Positions 9,701 to 18,818 of a stretch of DNA of 35,315 bases are shown here, in pieces. The notes beneath the pieces were generated by a model. That model was not told the origin of the DNA, searched no databases, and was given only the letters and a program-made list of their open reading frames with translations. The translations under genes and the position numbers were made by a program. Source of the stretch: a virus (Duplodnaviria; Caudoviricetes); the IMG/VR virus record IMGVR_UViG_3300009678_000104, positions 1 through 35,315 of that record; one strand, written 5' to 3'. How positions within the stretch are numbered: the first letter of the stretch is position 1; each line of letters starts with the position of its first letter.

Positions 9701-10845
9701 CGGTCCAAGCACAACAAGATGCGTTGCTCAAGGCTCAACGTTTGCATGAGCAAGAGACACAGAATCTGCGTGATGCTCTTGGCAAACGTAAAGAAGAAAT
9801 TGCTAACTTCGTCAATGAGAACAAGAAATTTCTCAATGATTTGCAGACACAGTTCCTACCTAATGCACAAGACCGTCACGGTGAAGCACGAGGCGGTGCG
9901 TTCGTATTTCCTGGTAATAATCCAGAAGAAGAAGCGGCTGCAAAGAAGCAGTTAGCTCAGTTGCAGGTTCTGATTAAGCAGCAGGCGATACAGTTAGACA
10001 TAGCGAAACAGAAGTTCAAGAACGATGAAGTTGATCTTGGTCTGTTGCAAAGAATCCGTGATACATATGACGAGATTCGTACACTCAGCATCAAGATCAA
10101 TCCAAATAGACTTGCACCGGATGCTGGGCCTAATGCTGGACTGTTGGCACAGATAGGTCAAGACCTCAAGGCAGTTACTACTGGATTGGGTGGTGAGTTC
10201 GCAAAGGGCGGCAAACTTGCTATCCCTGAGGGCGAGCAAGTAATCGTCATCATTGATAAGTTGAAGCAACAATTCACTGGCCTGGCTCAAGCCCAACAAA
10301 GGGTCATTGAAGCGAATCAACGACTTGGTGATTCAAACTCAACACTTCAACAGTTAGCTTTCATCGCTGACCAAATCAAAGCCAAGGGGCCTGATGTTGG
10401 TCTTGTCGGGTTAGAACTAGCACAGGGCACAGTTAGTGCACAGCAACAAGTGAATGATGTGTTACGTGGTACGGTAACGCATCTGCAAACGATTGCTGAC
10501 CTACAGCAACGAATCATGGAGATTAATCGTGCCTTCTTTGGCGGTGGCAATACATCGACACCAGTTAAAGGTTCTGCCTTCGGTGGCCCGATTGGTGGTC
10601 GTGGGATCGACAGGATACCAGTCATGATGGCGGACGGTGAAACTGTGATGAGTCAGATGGCATCACGCACGTTTGCACCGATCTTGGCTGCAATGAATCA
10701 TGCACCGCCAGTGTTCAGAGCACAAGGTGGAACAGTAACTAATATCGGTGATATACACGTTCACCCACCACAGGGTACGTCAAGAGAGCAAGTTATTCAC
10801 ATTGCACGTGAATTGAAACGTTTGGGTCGACAAGGTCTTAACTAG
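6790..10845 (+). CDS. Tail tape measure protein
   Basis: 1351 aa, Ala-rich and helical; TP901-type core ('KLFKTVELGRIRLDELGSQFGRV...LGITFDEQQAAL'); C-terminal 'AFGGPIGGRGIDRIPVMMADGETVM' motif typical of TMP ends. Confidence 0.92.
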   Translation: MAKQTIVIDTKHATKNIDALGKSVSAYNLLVKDQVKSVKDLNRTSEALNKATQTTITNQRNYSQALRSSNTALDSHKIALQTSARTLGNISTAYQRLSPTVFQNVLAFKTLTTQMQTFERATARQISVTQTITASLNRERIAIDSTSTRLAAFGQQIAQITSQMRRKNTALTDQTRELKKDSDAVLLVTASYRTLIRVLVIQTIHRAFSRFLNEIRESLETFRLLRIAIAEIRTIQGEVGKSTAEWEKELIGLSTAFGIPVLEVAAAEYEAISNQVVNATNATRFMRDELELAITTQANLKTATNATSTVINAFRKSSQEATVINAKLFKTVELGRIRLDELGSQFGRVSVLSNQLGITFDEQQAALTTLTRQGVDAEHAQVLLANVMNALLSPSKEMNAQLSEWGVQTGGAAVKTFGFVGVLRRLAAIAESTGDPLQHIADIFSDLRALTGAGGLVAGFKDFESDLRRISNSQESFNAAIQESVQNTGRRITIELNKVKNEFLKTFGESLSNAFLTVIDLFGGADKALHALGGAIRVVTSATLAYIVVQKVLNTNFAAMNVSLIKTRTGFALLNLETKKITASFTTMQIAQGALSLGLTAVVAVAIESVFAYNRLTDSLKEYSDALSEAEQRQSELDIKKFAEESEQAFGTFSQAVSANFKVILQAYAILHATNNELAEKFEKNFAKIGKSVHKELDTALDGITSRLRESERELDKIFRTIERSKEAVSKIRIGEVEKRFEASLAGKAELEAFQLIENEKIRLHRAALVARAKGEEEVAEAFFSRVEALGERQAEILKKELADATKEKEKVSHVEFKTDAFGRPKFDRRGRPQFKRVTETVADPDEERQKKALETLNALEAERQRLVLERIRAEEAATARAEAAAEASRARIDEQQAAVARLRDILAQLDSFDTTQVNAAGAFRNLAAQAEAEADAAGLSPTEKLTLLRDAKRQELELVKKAAVEQAQAAVQAQQDALLKAQRLHEQETQNLRDALGKRKEEIANFVNENKKFLNDLQTQFLPNAQDRHGEARGGAFVFPGNNPEEEAAAKKQLAQLQVLIKQQAIQLDIAKQKFKNDEVDLGLLQRIRDTYDEIRTLSIKINPNRLAPDAGPNAGLLAQIGQDLKAVTTGLGGEFAKGGKLAIPEGEQVIVIIDKLKQQFTGLAQAQQRVIEANQRLGDSNSTLQQLAFIADQIKAKGPDVGLVGLELAQGTVSAQQQVNDVLRGTVTHLQTIADLQQRIMEINRAFFGGGNTSTPVKGSAFGGPIGGRGIDRIPVMMADGETVMSQMASRTFAPILAAMNHAPPVFRAQGGTVTNIGDIHVHPPQGTSREQVIHIARELKRLGRQGLN

Positions 10846-10854
10846 GAGATTGAA

Positions 10855-11403
10855 ATGTTTGGTCGTTTGAGATTCAAAGAAGTGATTGGTCGAATGATGG
10901 TTCGTAACCGTCCACATAGTGATTTGTTGCAGATGAACGGTGTGTTCTATGCACATCACTATCGTCAAGGTCGTTTGATTGGTGAGTACCGTGGCAAGAA
11001 CGGTATCACTGTCGTTGGCAAGAATCACATTCTTGATGTTTGCTTCGGCAACAGTTCACCGGTTACGCAAATCGATCCGTGGTACATCGGATTGGTGAAC
11101 AATACGCCAGCACCTGTGTTAAGCGAGAACGATACGCTCGCTAGCCACAGCGGTTGGGCTGAGTTCGCGTCCTACACTGGTAATCGTCAAGCATGGGACG
11201 ATGCTAACGCTTCAGCCAAGATCAAAGGCACAACCACACCGTCGCAGTTCGATTTCACTGGTTCAGGCACCGTTTATGGTATCTTGATTGCGTCAGTCGC
11301 AAGCGGTACGAGCGGATTGCTTTGGTCCACTGGTGCGTTCGATACGACTGTTGCGGTTGTGAACGGTGATCAGTTGAAGGTGACTTATGGGATTCGTTGT
11401 TAG
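10855..11403 (+). CDS. Minor tail / virion structural protein
   Basis: SD AGGAG; 'NGITVVGKNHILDV...WYIGL...GWAEF..Y...RQAW...GDQLKVTY' is a pattern common in phage minor tail proteins; follows the TMP. Confidence 0.6.
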   Translation: MFGRLRFKEVIGRMMVRNRPHSDLLQMNGVFYAHHYRQGRLIGEYRGKNGITVVGKNHILDVCFGNSSPVTQIDPWYIGLVNNTPAPVLSENDTLASHSGWAEFASYTGNRQAWDDANASAKIKGTTTPSQFDFTGSGTVYGILIASVASGTSGLLWSTGAFDTTVAVVNGDQLKVTYGIRC

Positions 11404-12610
11404 TCTCATCTTGTTCTTGGGAGACTTACAGGCAATCCTTGATTCCTCGCCTGTTGTAAAGATCCCACCCGGTGAGTATATCGGGAAATACACACTTCCC
11501 AGCACCCTCGTAGACTTAGACGGTACTGGTGTGATAATCCGTGGCATCGTCACGGATAAGGGTGGGACGTTCAAGACAGAATCAATTCGTGTGGCACCAG
11601 TGAAAGCTGGTGCTGAGTATTTGAGTGTGTCATTTGAAGGCATACGTGTTCTGATGGACAATAGACCTAAATCATGGTCTAATTGGCAGAACGTGTATAA
11701 GAATGGTGAGTTCCTTGAGGGTCGTGGTGGTCGTCTAGTAACGCCAGTGATTGGTGACTACCCTCAAGGTGGTGAACTCTATGAACTTATCAATAGCAAG
11801 CCACTAACCATTAAGGGGCTTACTGTCTATACAACAGACGACATGCCTTATGCGTTGCAAATCAATGGGCGTGTAAATGTCACGTTACGAGACTGCACGT
11901 TCAAAGGTTCGAACTGGATGACTTTTGATTTGAATCGTTGCTATCGTGGTTTGCTTAGTAACGTGACTGTGCTTTGTGAAAAGAATCCGAACAATACCAC
12001 GGTCAGTGAGTATGGCATCTGTATTCACAACTGTCAGAACATTGACGTTATTGATTGCAAATCTACTGCGTTGCGACATGCAATCACATTGGCCGGTGAC
12101 TCAAATCCACAGAACATTGTGAATCGATTCATTACCATTCGTGGTGGCACATATCGAAGTTACGGTGTTCAACCTTATGAAGCAACGCAGGCGATACATA
12201 CACACGGTAACAGTGAATACTGGCGTGTGATTGGGACAACGTCATATGGTGGCATCGTTGGAAGTGGTGACAAAGGCGAAATCATTGACAATATGATTTT
12301 TGGTCGAAACATAGGACAAGCCTCGATTCCAATCTATTTCGCTGAAACTAACGGTAGCGATTTCGTTATTCGTGGTAATGCGATAGACTCTATTGTTGTT
12401 CCCGGTAAGTCGGGAGCATATGGTTCGATCTTTGTCTACTTAGGCCAACACACGAAGCGTAACGGTATCACACGTATCGAAGATAATCATTTACGTATCC
12501 GTGGTGAGGCAGCACCGTCTATTTACACGTGGAATGATTCTGGAACAACGACTCAAGTGATGATGAAAGATAATCTTTACGGTGCACAGTACCCACCTAA
12601 GACACAGTAA
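11387..12610 (+). CDS. Right-handed beta-helix (pectate lyase-like) protein, putative depolymerase / tailspike
   Basis: 'LQAILD...VKIPPGEY' cap motif and rungs such as 'NVTLRDCTF', 'YGICIHNCQNIDVIDC', 'LRHAITL', 'FVIRGNAI'. Confidence 0.75.
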   Translation: MGFVVSLILFLGDLQAILDSSPVVKIPPGEYIGKYTLPSTLVDLDGTGVIIRGIVTDKGGTFKTESIRVAPVKAGAEYLSVSFEGIRVLMDNRPKSWSNWQNVYKNGEFLEGRGGRLVTPVIGDYPQGGELYELINSKPLTIKGLTVYTTDDMPYALQINGRVNVTLRDCTFKGSNWMTFDLNRCYRGLLSNVTVLCEKNPNNTTVSEYGICIHNCQNIDVIDCKSTALRHAITLAGDSNPQNIVNRFITIRGGTYRSYGVQPYEATQAIHTHGNSEYWRVIGTTSYGGIVGSGDKGEIIDNMIFGRNIGQASIPIYFAETNGSDFVIRGNAIDSIVVPGKSGAYGSIFVYLGQHTKRNGITRIEDNHLRIRGEAAPSIYTWNDSGTTTQVMMKDNLYGAQYPPKTQ

Positions 12611-14292
12611 TGGCTCAATTAATCCTACAACTCGGTGACGCGTACAATCCATGCACCACGCCAAGTGAGTGTGAGTCGTATGATTGTATGTTTACGCTTG
12701 CACCGCATACAGAGTATCTTGGTGGCCAACAACTTGCTTGGGCAGGAAAAACGTACGATCAATCCAATTTATTCTTCGTAAAATGGATATCTTATACACG
12801 ATTCGTTGTGCCGTTGCAGCAGGTTCAGATTCTTTCAGCATATCTGCTTCTGACTCGACTCAGTGAATATGCATTTCTGCCAACTAGTCTACCTGAGATA
12901 AAGGTTGATGTTGTCATCGAGGACGTTGATGATTCAGTCAAGCCGGTTGATTGGGCCGAAGCAAACACGAATCTGAACAATAACACTGGCAGCGTGACAC
13001 AGTATATTGATTTCACACCACCATGTGCTCCTAGTGAGCATTGGCCGTCGATTGAAGTGACTCAACAGTTAAGAGACGTAATTGAAGACCGACCAGGTTG
13101 GGCATCAGGTCAGAGCATTGGTCTATTCCTTGTTACGACACATCCTGATTACAGTGCAAACAACAATGCAGCGTATTGGCGTACACCGTCATCGCTTGGT
13201 GGGCCTGACCCTGATAGTTTGGCTATCTTAGTCATCGAGTACCAGGATGATATCCCTGGCTCTGACTATGACGAGAACATGGAAGATGAAATCTTCTTTG
13301 AACAGGATATCTATTTCTCGTTCATGCGTAAAGAGGTTGAGCAAGAACTGGAGTTCATTGACGAAAATGATTACGTTCATCTTCGTACCTATGACGTCTT
13401 TTCGGAGCTTGAGTTCTTTCAAAGCACAGAATTAATTGATTCGAAGCAAGAAGATTACTACGAAGCCTTCCCAATTGAGCAAACGATCAGTTGGGTACGG
13501 GCCACGAACCGTTCTTACGAAGATGAACTGTTGTTCGATGACACTCGTGACATAACAAGGAACATGCCATTTGACAAGCAAATCGTGGACGATCTTGATT
13601 TCATTCACGAATGGACAGCACAATACGTCTATATCAGAGACTACGAAGATGTTGTTGAACTGATTCAGCATCCAGCAATGGATAAGTATGAGACTGGTAT
13701 CGAACAGACTTTGACATTTCGTCAAGAGATTGATTTTGATATCGGTGACCGTAAGCTCAGAACCGTGGAACAAGAGATTGAGTTCGAGCAGGACGTAGAT
13801 ATCACTTGGCAATTGACTATGGCAGTTGAGCACGATCTTACATTCGTGCAATTGCTTGGTGATTACGACGACACACTCACTGATACTTGTGTGCGACCGT
13901 CTATGAATTATGACGTTGAACTGAGCTACGGTGACATGGTGCTAACTTATGGTGTTAATACTTTGACACTTAAGAAACCGTTGTTCGGCAACAAAGAGGA
14001 ATTGCAAATTACACGAATCCAACGAGAGACTCGTGGCGGTAAATTGATTACATTTAGGGATGACGACTGGCCACGTGTTCGTACCTTTAGATACAAGTTC
14101 GATGGAATCACGGATACGAAACGTGATGAATTCTTCAATTTCTTGCTGTTGTCTCTTGGCCAAGAGATTCATATGATCGACTATGAGGGTCGTGAATGGG
14201 ACGGATTCATAATCTTGCCTAATGGTGAGAGTGTTGATCTTAGTGACACAGGTTGTGAACACACGCTTGAGTTCGATTTTGTAGGTGTTTGA
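12610..14292 (+). CDS. Multidomain tail protein: N-terminal beta-sandwich, acidic repeats, C-terminal Dit/gpM-like domain
   Basis: N-terminal 'RFVVP...ILSAYLLL...EVTQQLRDVIEDRPGWASGQSIGLF'; about ten 'E-x-x-L-x-F-x-Q/D' repeats; C-terminal ~120 aa resembles the next gene. Confidence 0.55.
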   Translation: MAQLILQLGDAYNPCTTPSECESYDCMFTLAPHTEYLGGQQLAWAGKTYDQSNLFFVKWISYTRFVVPLQQVQILSAYLLLTRLSEYAFLPTSLPEIKVDVVIEDVDDSVKPVDWAEANTNLNNNTGSVTQYIDFTPPCAPSEHWPSIEVTQQLRDVIEDRPGWASGQSIGLFLVTTHPDYSANNNAAYWRTPSSLGGPDPDSLAILVIEYQDDIPGSDYDENMEDEIFFEQDIYFSFMRKEVEQELEFIDENDYVHLRTYDVFSELEFFQSTELIDSKQEDYYEAFPIEQTISWVRATNRSYEDELLFDDTRDITRNMPFDKQIVDDLDFIHEWTAQYVYIRDYEDVVELIQHPAMDKYETGIEQTLTFRQEIDFDIGDRKLRTVEQEIEFEQDVDITWQLTMAVEHDLTFVQLLGDYDDTLTDTCVRPSMNYDVELSYGDMVLTYGVNTLTLKKPLFGNKEELQITRIQRETRGGKLITFRDDDWPRVRTFRYKFDGITDTKRDEFFNFLLLSLGQEIHMIDYEGREWDGFIILPNGESVDLSDTGCEHTLEFDFVGV

Positions 14293-14657
14293 TGATTACA
14301 CTGATCGCAGACGAGAAAGTCCTTATACTGCCTAATGCTGAATTGGGTGATGGTCTGCGTCCCAATTCAGTTGTTCTGCTTAAGCGTGCGATGGATTCAA
14401 CGGTCTACACGAATGTGAAGACTAAGACTGATAAGGAAACGTACAGATTTTCTGTTCGTTTGACACGAAAGAAGAGCATTGAACTGGTTGAATTCGTCTT
14501 TGAACATTCGGCTAAAATCATTCGACTGCAATGGCGTACACTTGATATCGACGTTGCTTTACGAGTTAATCCCGTTGAATTGGAACTAACAACACGAGCG
14601 GTGGTTGCTGGTAGCGTCGAAGAAACAACTATACAGCTTGAGTTCGAGCGACTCTAA
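14292..14657 (+). CDS. Distal-tail / gpM-like minor tail protein
   Basis: TGATG coupling; ~121 aa; directly upstream of the large tail-tip gene. Confidence 0.5.
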   Translation: MITLIADEKVLILPNAELGDGLRPNSVVLLKRAMDSTVYTNVKTKTDKETYRFSVRLTRKKSIELVEFVFEHSAKIIRLQWRTLDIDVALRVNPVELELTTRAVVAGSVEETTIQLEFERL

Positions 14658-17575
14658 TGAAGATTGTAACAGGCAACACACAGACAGCACTTGACACAGC
14701 ACATGGCACAGAGCCAGTTCTGATTGTTGAAATAATCTGGGATACTGGTGCGTCACGATTCTACGCTGATAAGGACGTCTTTGATATCCTTGGTAAGCTG
14801 TTGGAAGTCTCGTCTGTTGAGGTAATGGCCACGAGCAATCGTTCCAATCAAACAGTCACTATCAAGATTGATGATACTGATGGTGAGATTAAGCAGGTCA
14901 TTGACAATGTAAATGTACATAAAGTCAAATGTCGGATTTATCAAGCCTACACAACATTGTTGTTCACTGACAAGTTCCTGTTGTTTGAAGGCTTGATTAA
15001 TACGCCATTTGTGTGGGACGAGACTGATCGTAGTCTTGAACTGACTGTTAACTCTGAACTAGAGAGCTATGAAGTTGGATTCTCACCAGAAGAAGGCCAA
15101 CTTGATTTCGTGTCACCTGATTTTATCGGTAAGCCTTGGCCACTTTGTTTCGGTGACGTTGTACATGTTCCAGCACAGAAAGTACATCAAGTGCTTACTG
15201 GCACGTTGCTTGAACGGATTGGAATCGTTGATCAGACGCTTACATGGAAACTGGAACGATTGCAGTACACTTACAGTCTGTACTCATTCATGTTCACATG
15301 GTGGAAGCTGGCGTTACAGCTTGTTGACACGATTTGTGAACCGAAAGCAACTGAGTTGTTAGACGCTTACGTTGAAGCTATCAAGAAAGAAGATGCAATC
15401 CTTCTACAGATAACACAAGTACTAACTGAGATCGAACGTGTCAAGTCACAGATACAAAAGAATCCATTTGATCGTGCTTGGAAGGTTGATCTGACGAATT
15501 GGGAAGTGTTACTTAATCAATTGGCTAATCAGAGTCATGAGTTACAAGTTATTAAGTATAACCTGGAACGATTGACGGCATTGCTTCTATTTGAGCATGA
15601 AACATCGAAGAAGATTGCACAAGCAATCATTGACGCATATAACGGTATGGATACCACGTATGCTGAAATCGTTGATGTGCTTAATGAGATTTGCTTACAA
15701 CAAAAGCTCGTTAAAGACTGTTTCTTGATTGAGGGCGGTAGTGAGTTTCCGCAAGAGATCGAGACTGAAGTTGTCATTGGTGACGTTAAGTATCGTGGCA
15801 CATTTGACGGGGATTTGTTCTGCAAGACTGATGGACCGTACGCTAAGTATCAAAACATTGAGGTTGATACGTGGGTATTTGACGATGATGAATGTGCACC
15901 AGAAGATGAAAAGAACGGATTGGCGGTATTCTATCTCAAGACACCGATTGATTTGACTGGATTGTTCCTACTTGTCAAACGACGCGGTAGTGATGACACG
16001 AATGCTGCACATATCATTCAGGTTGTTCAACAAATCGGAACAAAGGTAATCTTTGAACTGATTAAGTGGGACAAAGGTTCATCGGCTCCACGTGGACACA
16101 GTATTCCGGAAATGGTTGGTAAGCTAGTGCAACCGAGCACTGACCCTGATCCGGCACTTTACAACACACCAGAGACTACGAGACTACAACAAATCATTAG
16201 TCAGATACCGGGTGGTGTCAATCAACGAGAGTATGAAGTATTGGCAACATTGTGTTTCCTTGAGCCTTGGGACCAGTTAGATCAGAAAACATTACTGATT
16301 CAAGCGCCAACGCCACGATCAGTGTTCACAATCATTGGTGAAGACGTTGCTTCAATCATTGAAGGTAGTGGCACTGTTCATGAACATTGGTTGACTAACT
16401 TTGACATACCGTATGAGGAGATTCCAGAAACGCTTGAGTGGACCGCGGACGCTGGTTCAACTGTACGACTAACAACTGACGATTGTGAGATATATGTTGC
16501 AAACATACTGCCGTCGACTATCAAAGCGGTGTACGCATATCGTAAGAATGCTGAGGGCAAGAGGTTCTTGGCACCGATACCGATATCGTATTATACCAAA
16601 CAGGAAGCAGCACCGTTAGGCACGATTACAGTAACGGCATTAGTTTTTCCTTTTGGACTGAGCAATATCCCCGGTGAGGGTTGGGAAGAAGAAGTCTATG
16701 TCACGCTTGAATCAACTGTTGGTCCAAATGTATGTGATGTGATTCAACATCTGATTGAAACATACACTGTTGGTGGTAGTGTGGACCCAGTTAGTTTCGC
16801 TGACGTTAAGGCTAAGTTCAGAGACGATGACGACGCTGAACTGTATCCGGCTAATTTCGCTTTAATCGACAGACCAAATGTGATTCAAGAGATTACACGT
16901 ATCGCTTGGGAAGCACGTTGCGGTTTGACACAAGTTGGAACCGTATTCTATATCAAGTACCTTGCCGAGGAACCAACTCCTGACTTAAGCTTCGATTTGT
17001 CTGATATAGAGACTGAAACATTGAAAGTTCAGTTCACTGCAACGGAAGAATTAGTCACTCGTTTGATTGCAGTCTACAAACCGAACTACTTACCCATTGA
17101 GAACAGAAAGAAACGCAAGGAACTGGTCTATCGTCATAACGTTAAGATTTATGGCCTACAGAGCAGAGAAGAACTTTTCCACATCTACAACATACCGTCA
17201 TTAGTTGAGAAGTCGGCAACGTTCTGGTTGATTCGGTTGTCAAACACATGGAAAACTGTTACGTTCAAGTCGTTCATGGCCAGCTTACGACTCGATGCTT
17301 TTGACACGTTAGAACTGGCTCTTGGCCGTGATTTCTTTGCCGATGACACAGTAAAGGGTGTTGTTCAACAATCAATTTACGATCCTGGTGACAATAGTAT
17401 TCAACTGTCTGTTCAAATGCCCATTAAATCAGGAACGATGGAAGAATACTTTTGGTACTGGCCAGCACAGAAGCAACAAGACGCTGAGTTCCCAACAAGT
17501 GCAGAAATCGAATTAGGCTACGGTGGTGGCTACGGTCCAGGAACTGGCGTACAAGGAACGATAGATGGCTGCTGA
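14657..17575 (+). CDS. Tail-tip hub / central tail protein
   Basis: 972 aa; hub-like N-terminus ('VTIKIDDTDG...LLFEGLI...W'), 'GKPWPLCFGDVVHVPA', coiled-coil insert, C-terminal 'VKIYGL...W.....NTWKTVTF...LRLDAFDTL'. Confidence 0.65.
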   Translation: MKIVTGNTQTALDTAHGTEPVLIVEIIWDTGASRFYADKDVFDILGKLLEVSSVEVMATSNRSNQTVTIKIDDTDGEIKQVIDNVNVHKVKCRIYQAYTTLLFTDKFLLFEGLINTPFVWDETDRSLELTVNSELESYEVGFSPEEGQLDFVSPDFIGKPWPLCFGDVVHVPAQKVHQVLTGTLLERIGIVDQTLTWKLERLQYTYSLYSFMFTWWKLALQLVDTICEPKATELLDAYVEAIKKEDAILLQITQVLTEIERVKSQIQKNPFDRAWKVDLTNWEVLLNQLANQSHELQVIKYNLERLTALLLFEHETSKKIAQAIIDAYNGMDTTYAEIVDVLNEICLQQKLVKDCFLIEGGSEFPQEIETEVVIGDVKYRGTFDGDLFCKTDGPYAKYQNIEVDTWVFDDDECAPEDEKNGLAVFYLKTPIDLTGLFLLVKRRGSDDTNAAHIIQVVQQIGTKVIFELIKWDKGSSAPRGHSIPEMVGKLVQPSTDPDPALYNTPETTRLQQIISQIPGGVNQREYEVLATLCFLEPWDQLDQKTLLIQAPTPRSVFTIIGEDVASIIEGSGTVHEHWLTNFDIPYEEIPETLEWTADAGSTVRLTTDDCEIYVANILPSTIKAVYAYRKNAEGKRFLAPIPISYYTKQEAAPLGTITVTALVFPFGLSNIPGEGWEEEVYVTLESTVGPNVCDVIQHLIETYTVGGSVDPVSFADVKAKFRDDDDAELYPANFALIDRPNVIQEITRIAWEARCGLTQVGTVFYIKYLAEEPTPDLSFDLSDIETETLKVQFTATEELVTRLIAVYKPNYLPIENRKKRKELVYRHNVKIYGLQSREELFHIYNIPSLVEKSATFWLIRLSNTWKTVTFKSFMASLRLDAFDTLELALGRDFFADDTVKGVVQQSIYDPGDNSIQLSVQMPIKSGTMEEYFWYWPAQKQQDAEFPTSAEIELGYGGGYGPGTGVQGTIDGC

Positions 17576-18818
17576 TCGAGCAAAAGATTTAGGTGATTTG
17601 CATCCGAGCGATCTTGATGATTACGCTCCGCGTCGGCCTACGTCTGCATATGAAGAAGTGCAGTACATACTTGCGGCCAATCGTAAGCAAAAGAAGCGTA
17701 ATGCGAAAGGCTTGCCTGATTTCCAGCCTGACACAGAGACGCCTAACATACCGAAGCCTGAACGACCAACCTACCATGCAATCATTCTTGAACGAATCAG
17801 TGCACCTGGTTCGTTCCCACCACGATATGCTGTACTTCGTCAAGATGGACAGAAAGGCGAAGCCATAACTAGTGGTTCAGAAGGCGTATACTACGAGTAT
17901 AGAGTTGGTGACAGTGTTCAATTAACAATGGAGCAAGCTCCCAACGCATGGGCCATTGTTGGTGCACCACGGAGCAAGCAGCTTCCTGTTCTTGAAGTTG
18001 GAATCAGTGAGAGCCAAGGTCCAACGAGAACAAGCCTTTATATCCCGTTTGACACGAAGATCACTGAAGTCGCGGCTGATATGGGGAAGCTCGAGAATTT
18101 GATTGGCAACATCGTTGTCAAGGAAGAAGAAGCGGGGCTTTATCACATCGAATGGAGTGTGACAACAGTTTGTTTCGATCCTGTTGATACAACTGACACA
18201 CAAGACTCAATCACTGTTTGGGACCAGTGTACTAATCTGGCCGAAGATGTTAATGAGCCAGTTGAAACGAGTCACATTCGATTTGACCGACGCGTTGGCT
18301 TCGAAGTATTCAAAGATGCTGCTGGTCGTGCATTTGTGAAGCTTGTTTGCGGTGAAACTGATTGTATGCTGTATCATCCTGGTGGCGGTAAGACCGTACC
18401 AGTGACTTGGTCGCCTAATCCACGAGCCGGTGGTTCAATCACTGTTGGTACACAAACAACACAAGGTTGGGTTAAAATCGTTTGTAACGGTACTGGAATG
18501 GTTTGGTTAGGACACGGTAACGCAGCATTAAAATACCGTTTCCCGAATCATGCACCATCAGGCGTTGACAGTCATTTCTATATCAGTGCGATCACTGGTA
18601 GTTGCATACAGTTGGAACACACTGAACCGGGTGTGACTGGTGCAATCAATTTGGCGAAATGTCCGGTGTATGCTGGTGGGTACTGGACGTATCCCTGTGC
18701 TGAGTTAGTCTTTAGTCGGGGCATATTGACTAAGGGCACTGGTATGCTTCCACCAAATAGTAATCCCGGACTGGTTGAATGTAACGATAATGAATTAGAG
18801 GATTGGAAACCATGTTAG
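17565..18818 (+). CDS. Tail-tip / receptor-binding-type protein (OB-like domain, N-half of a C1q/TNF-like domain, Cys-rich C-terminus)
   Basis: aa ~69-135 look OB-like ('YRVGDSVQL...WAIVG'); aa 141-202 read 'YIPFDT...AGLYHIEWSV'; C-terminal 'LVFSRGILT'. Confidence 0.5.
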   Translation: MAADRAKDLGDLHPSDLDDYAPRRPTSAYEEVQYILAANRKQKKRNAKGLPDFQPDTETPNIPKPERPTYHAIILERISAPGSFPPRYAVLRQDGQKGEAITSGSEGVYYEYRVGDSVQLTMEQAPNAWAIVGAPRSKQLPVLEVGISESQGPTRTSLYIPFDTKITEVAADMGKLENLIGNIVVKEEEAGLYHIEWSVTTVCFDPVDTTDTQDSITVWDQCTNLAEDVNEPVETSHIRFDRRVGFEVFKDAAGRAFVKLVCGETDCMLYHPGGGKTVPVTWSPNPRAGGSITVGTQTTQGWVKIVCNGTGMVWLGHGNAALKYRFPNHAPSGVDSHFYISAITGSCIQLEHTEPGVTGAINLAKCPVYAGGYWTYPCAELVFSRGILTKGTGMLPPNSNPGLVECNDNELEDWKPC

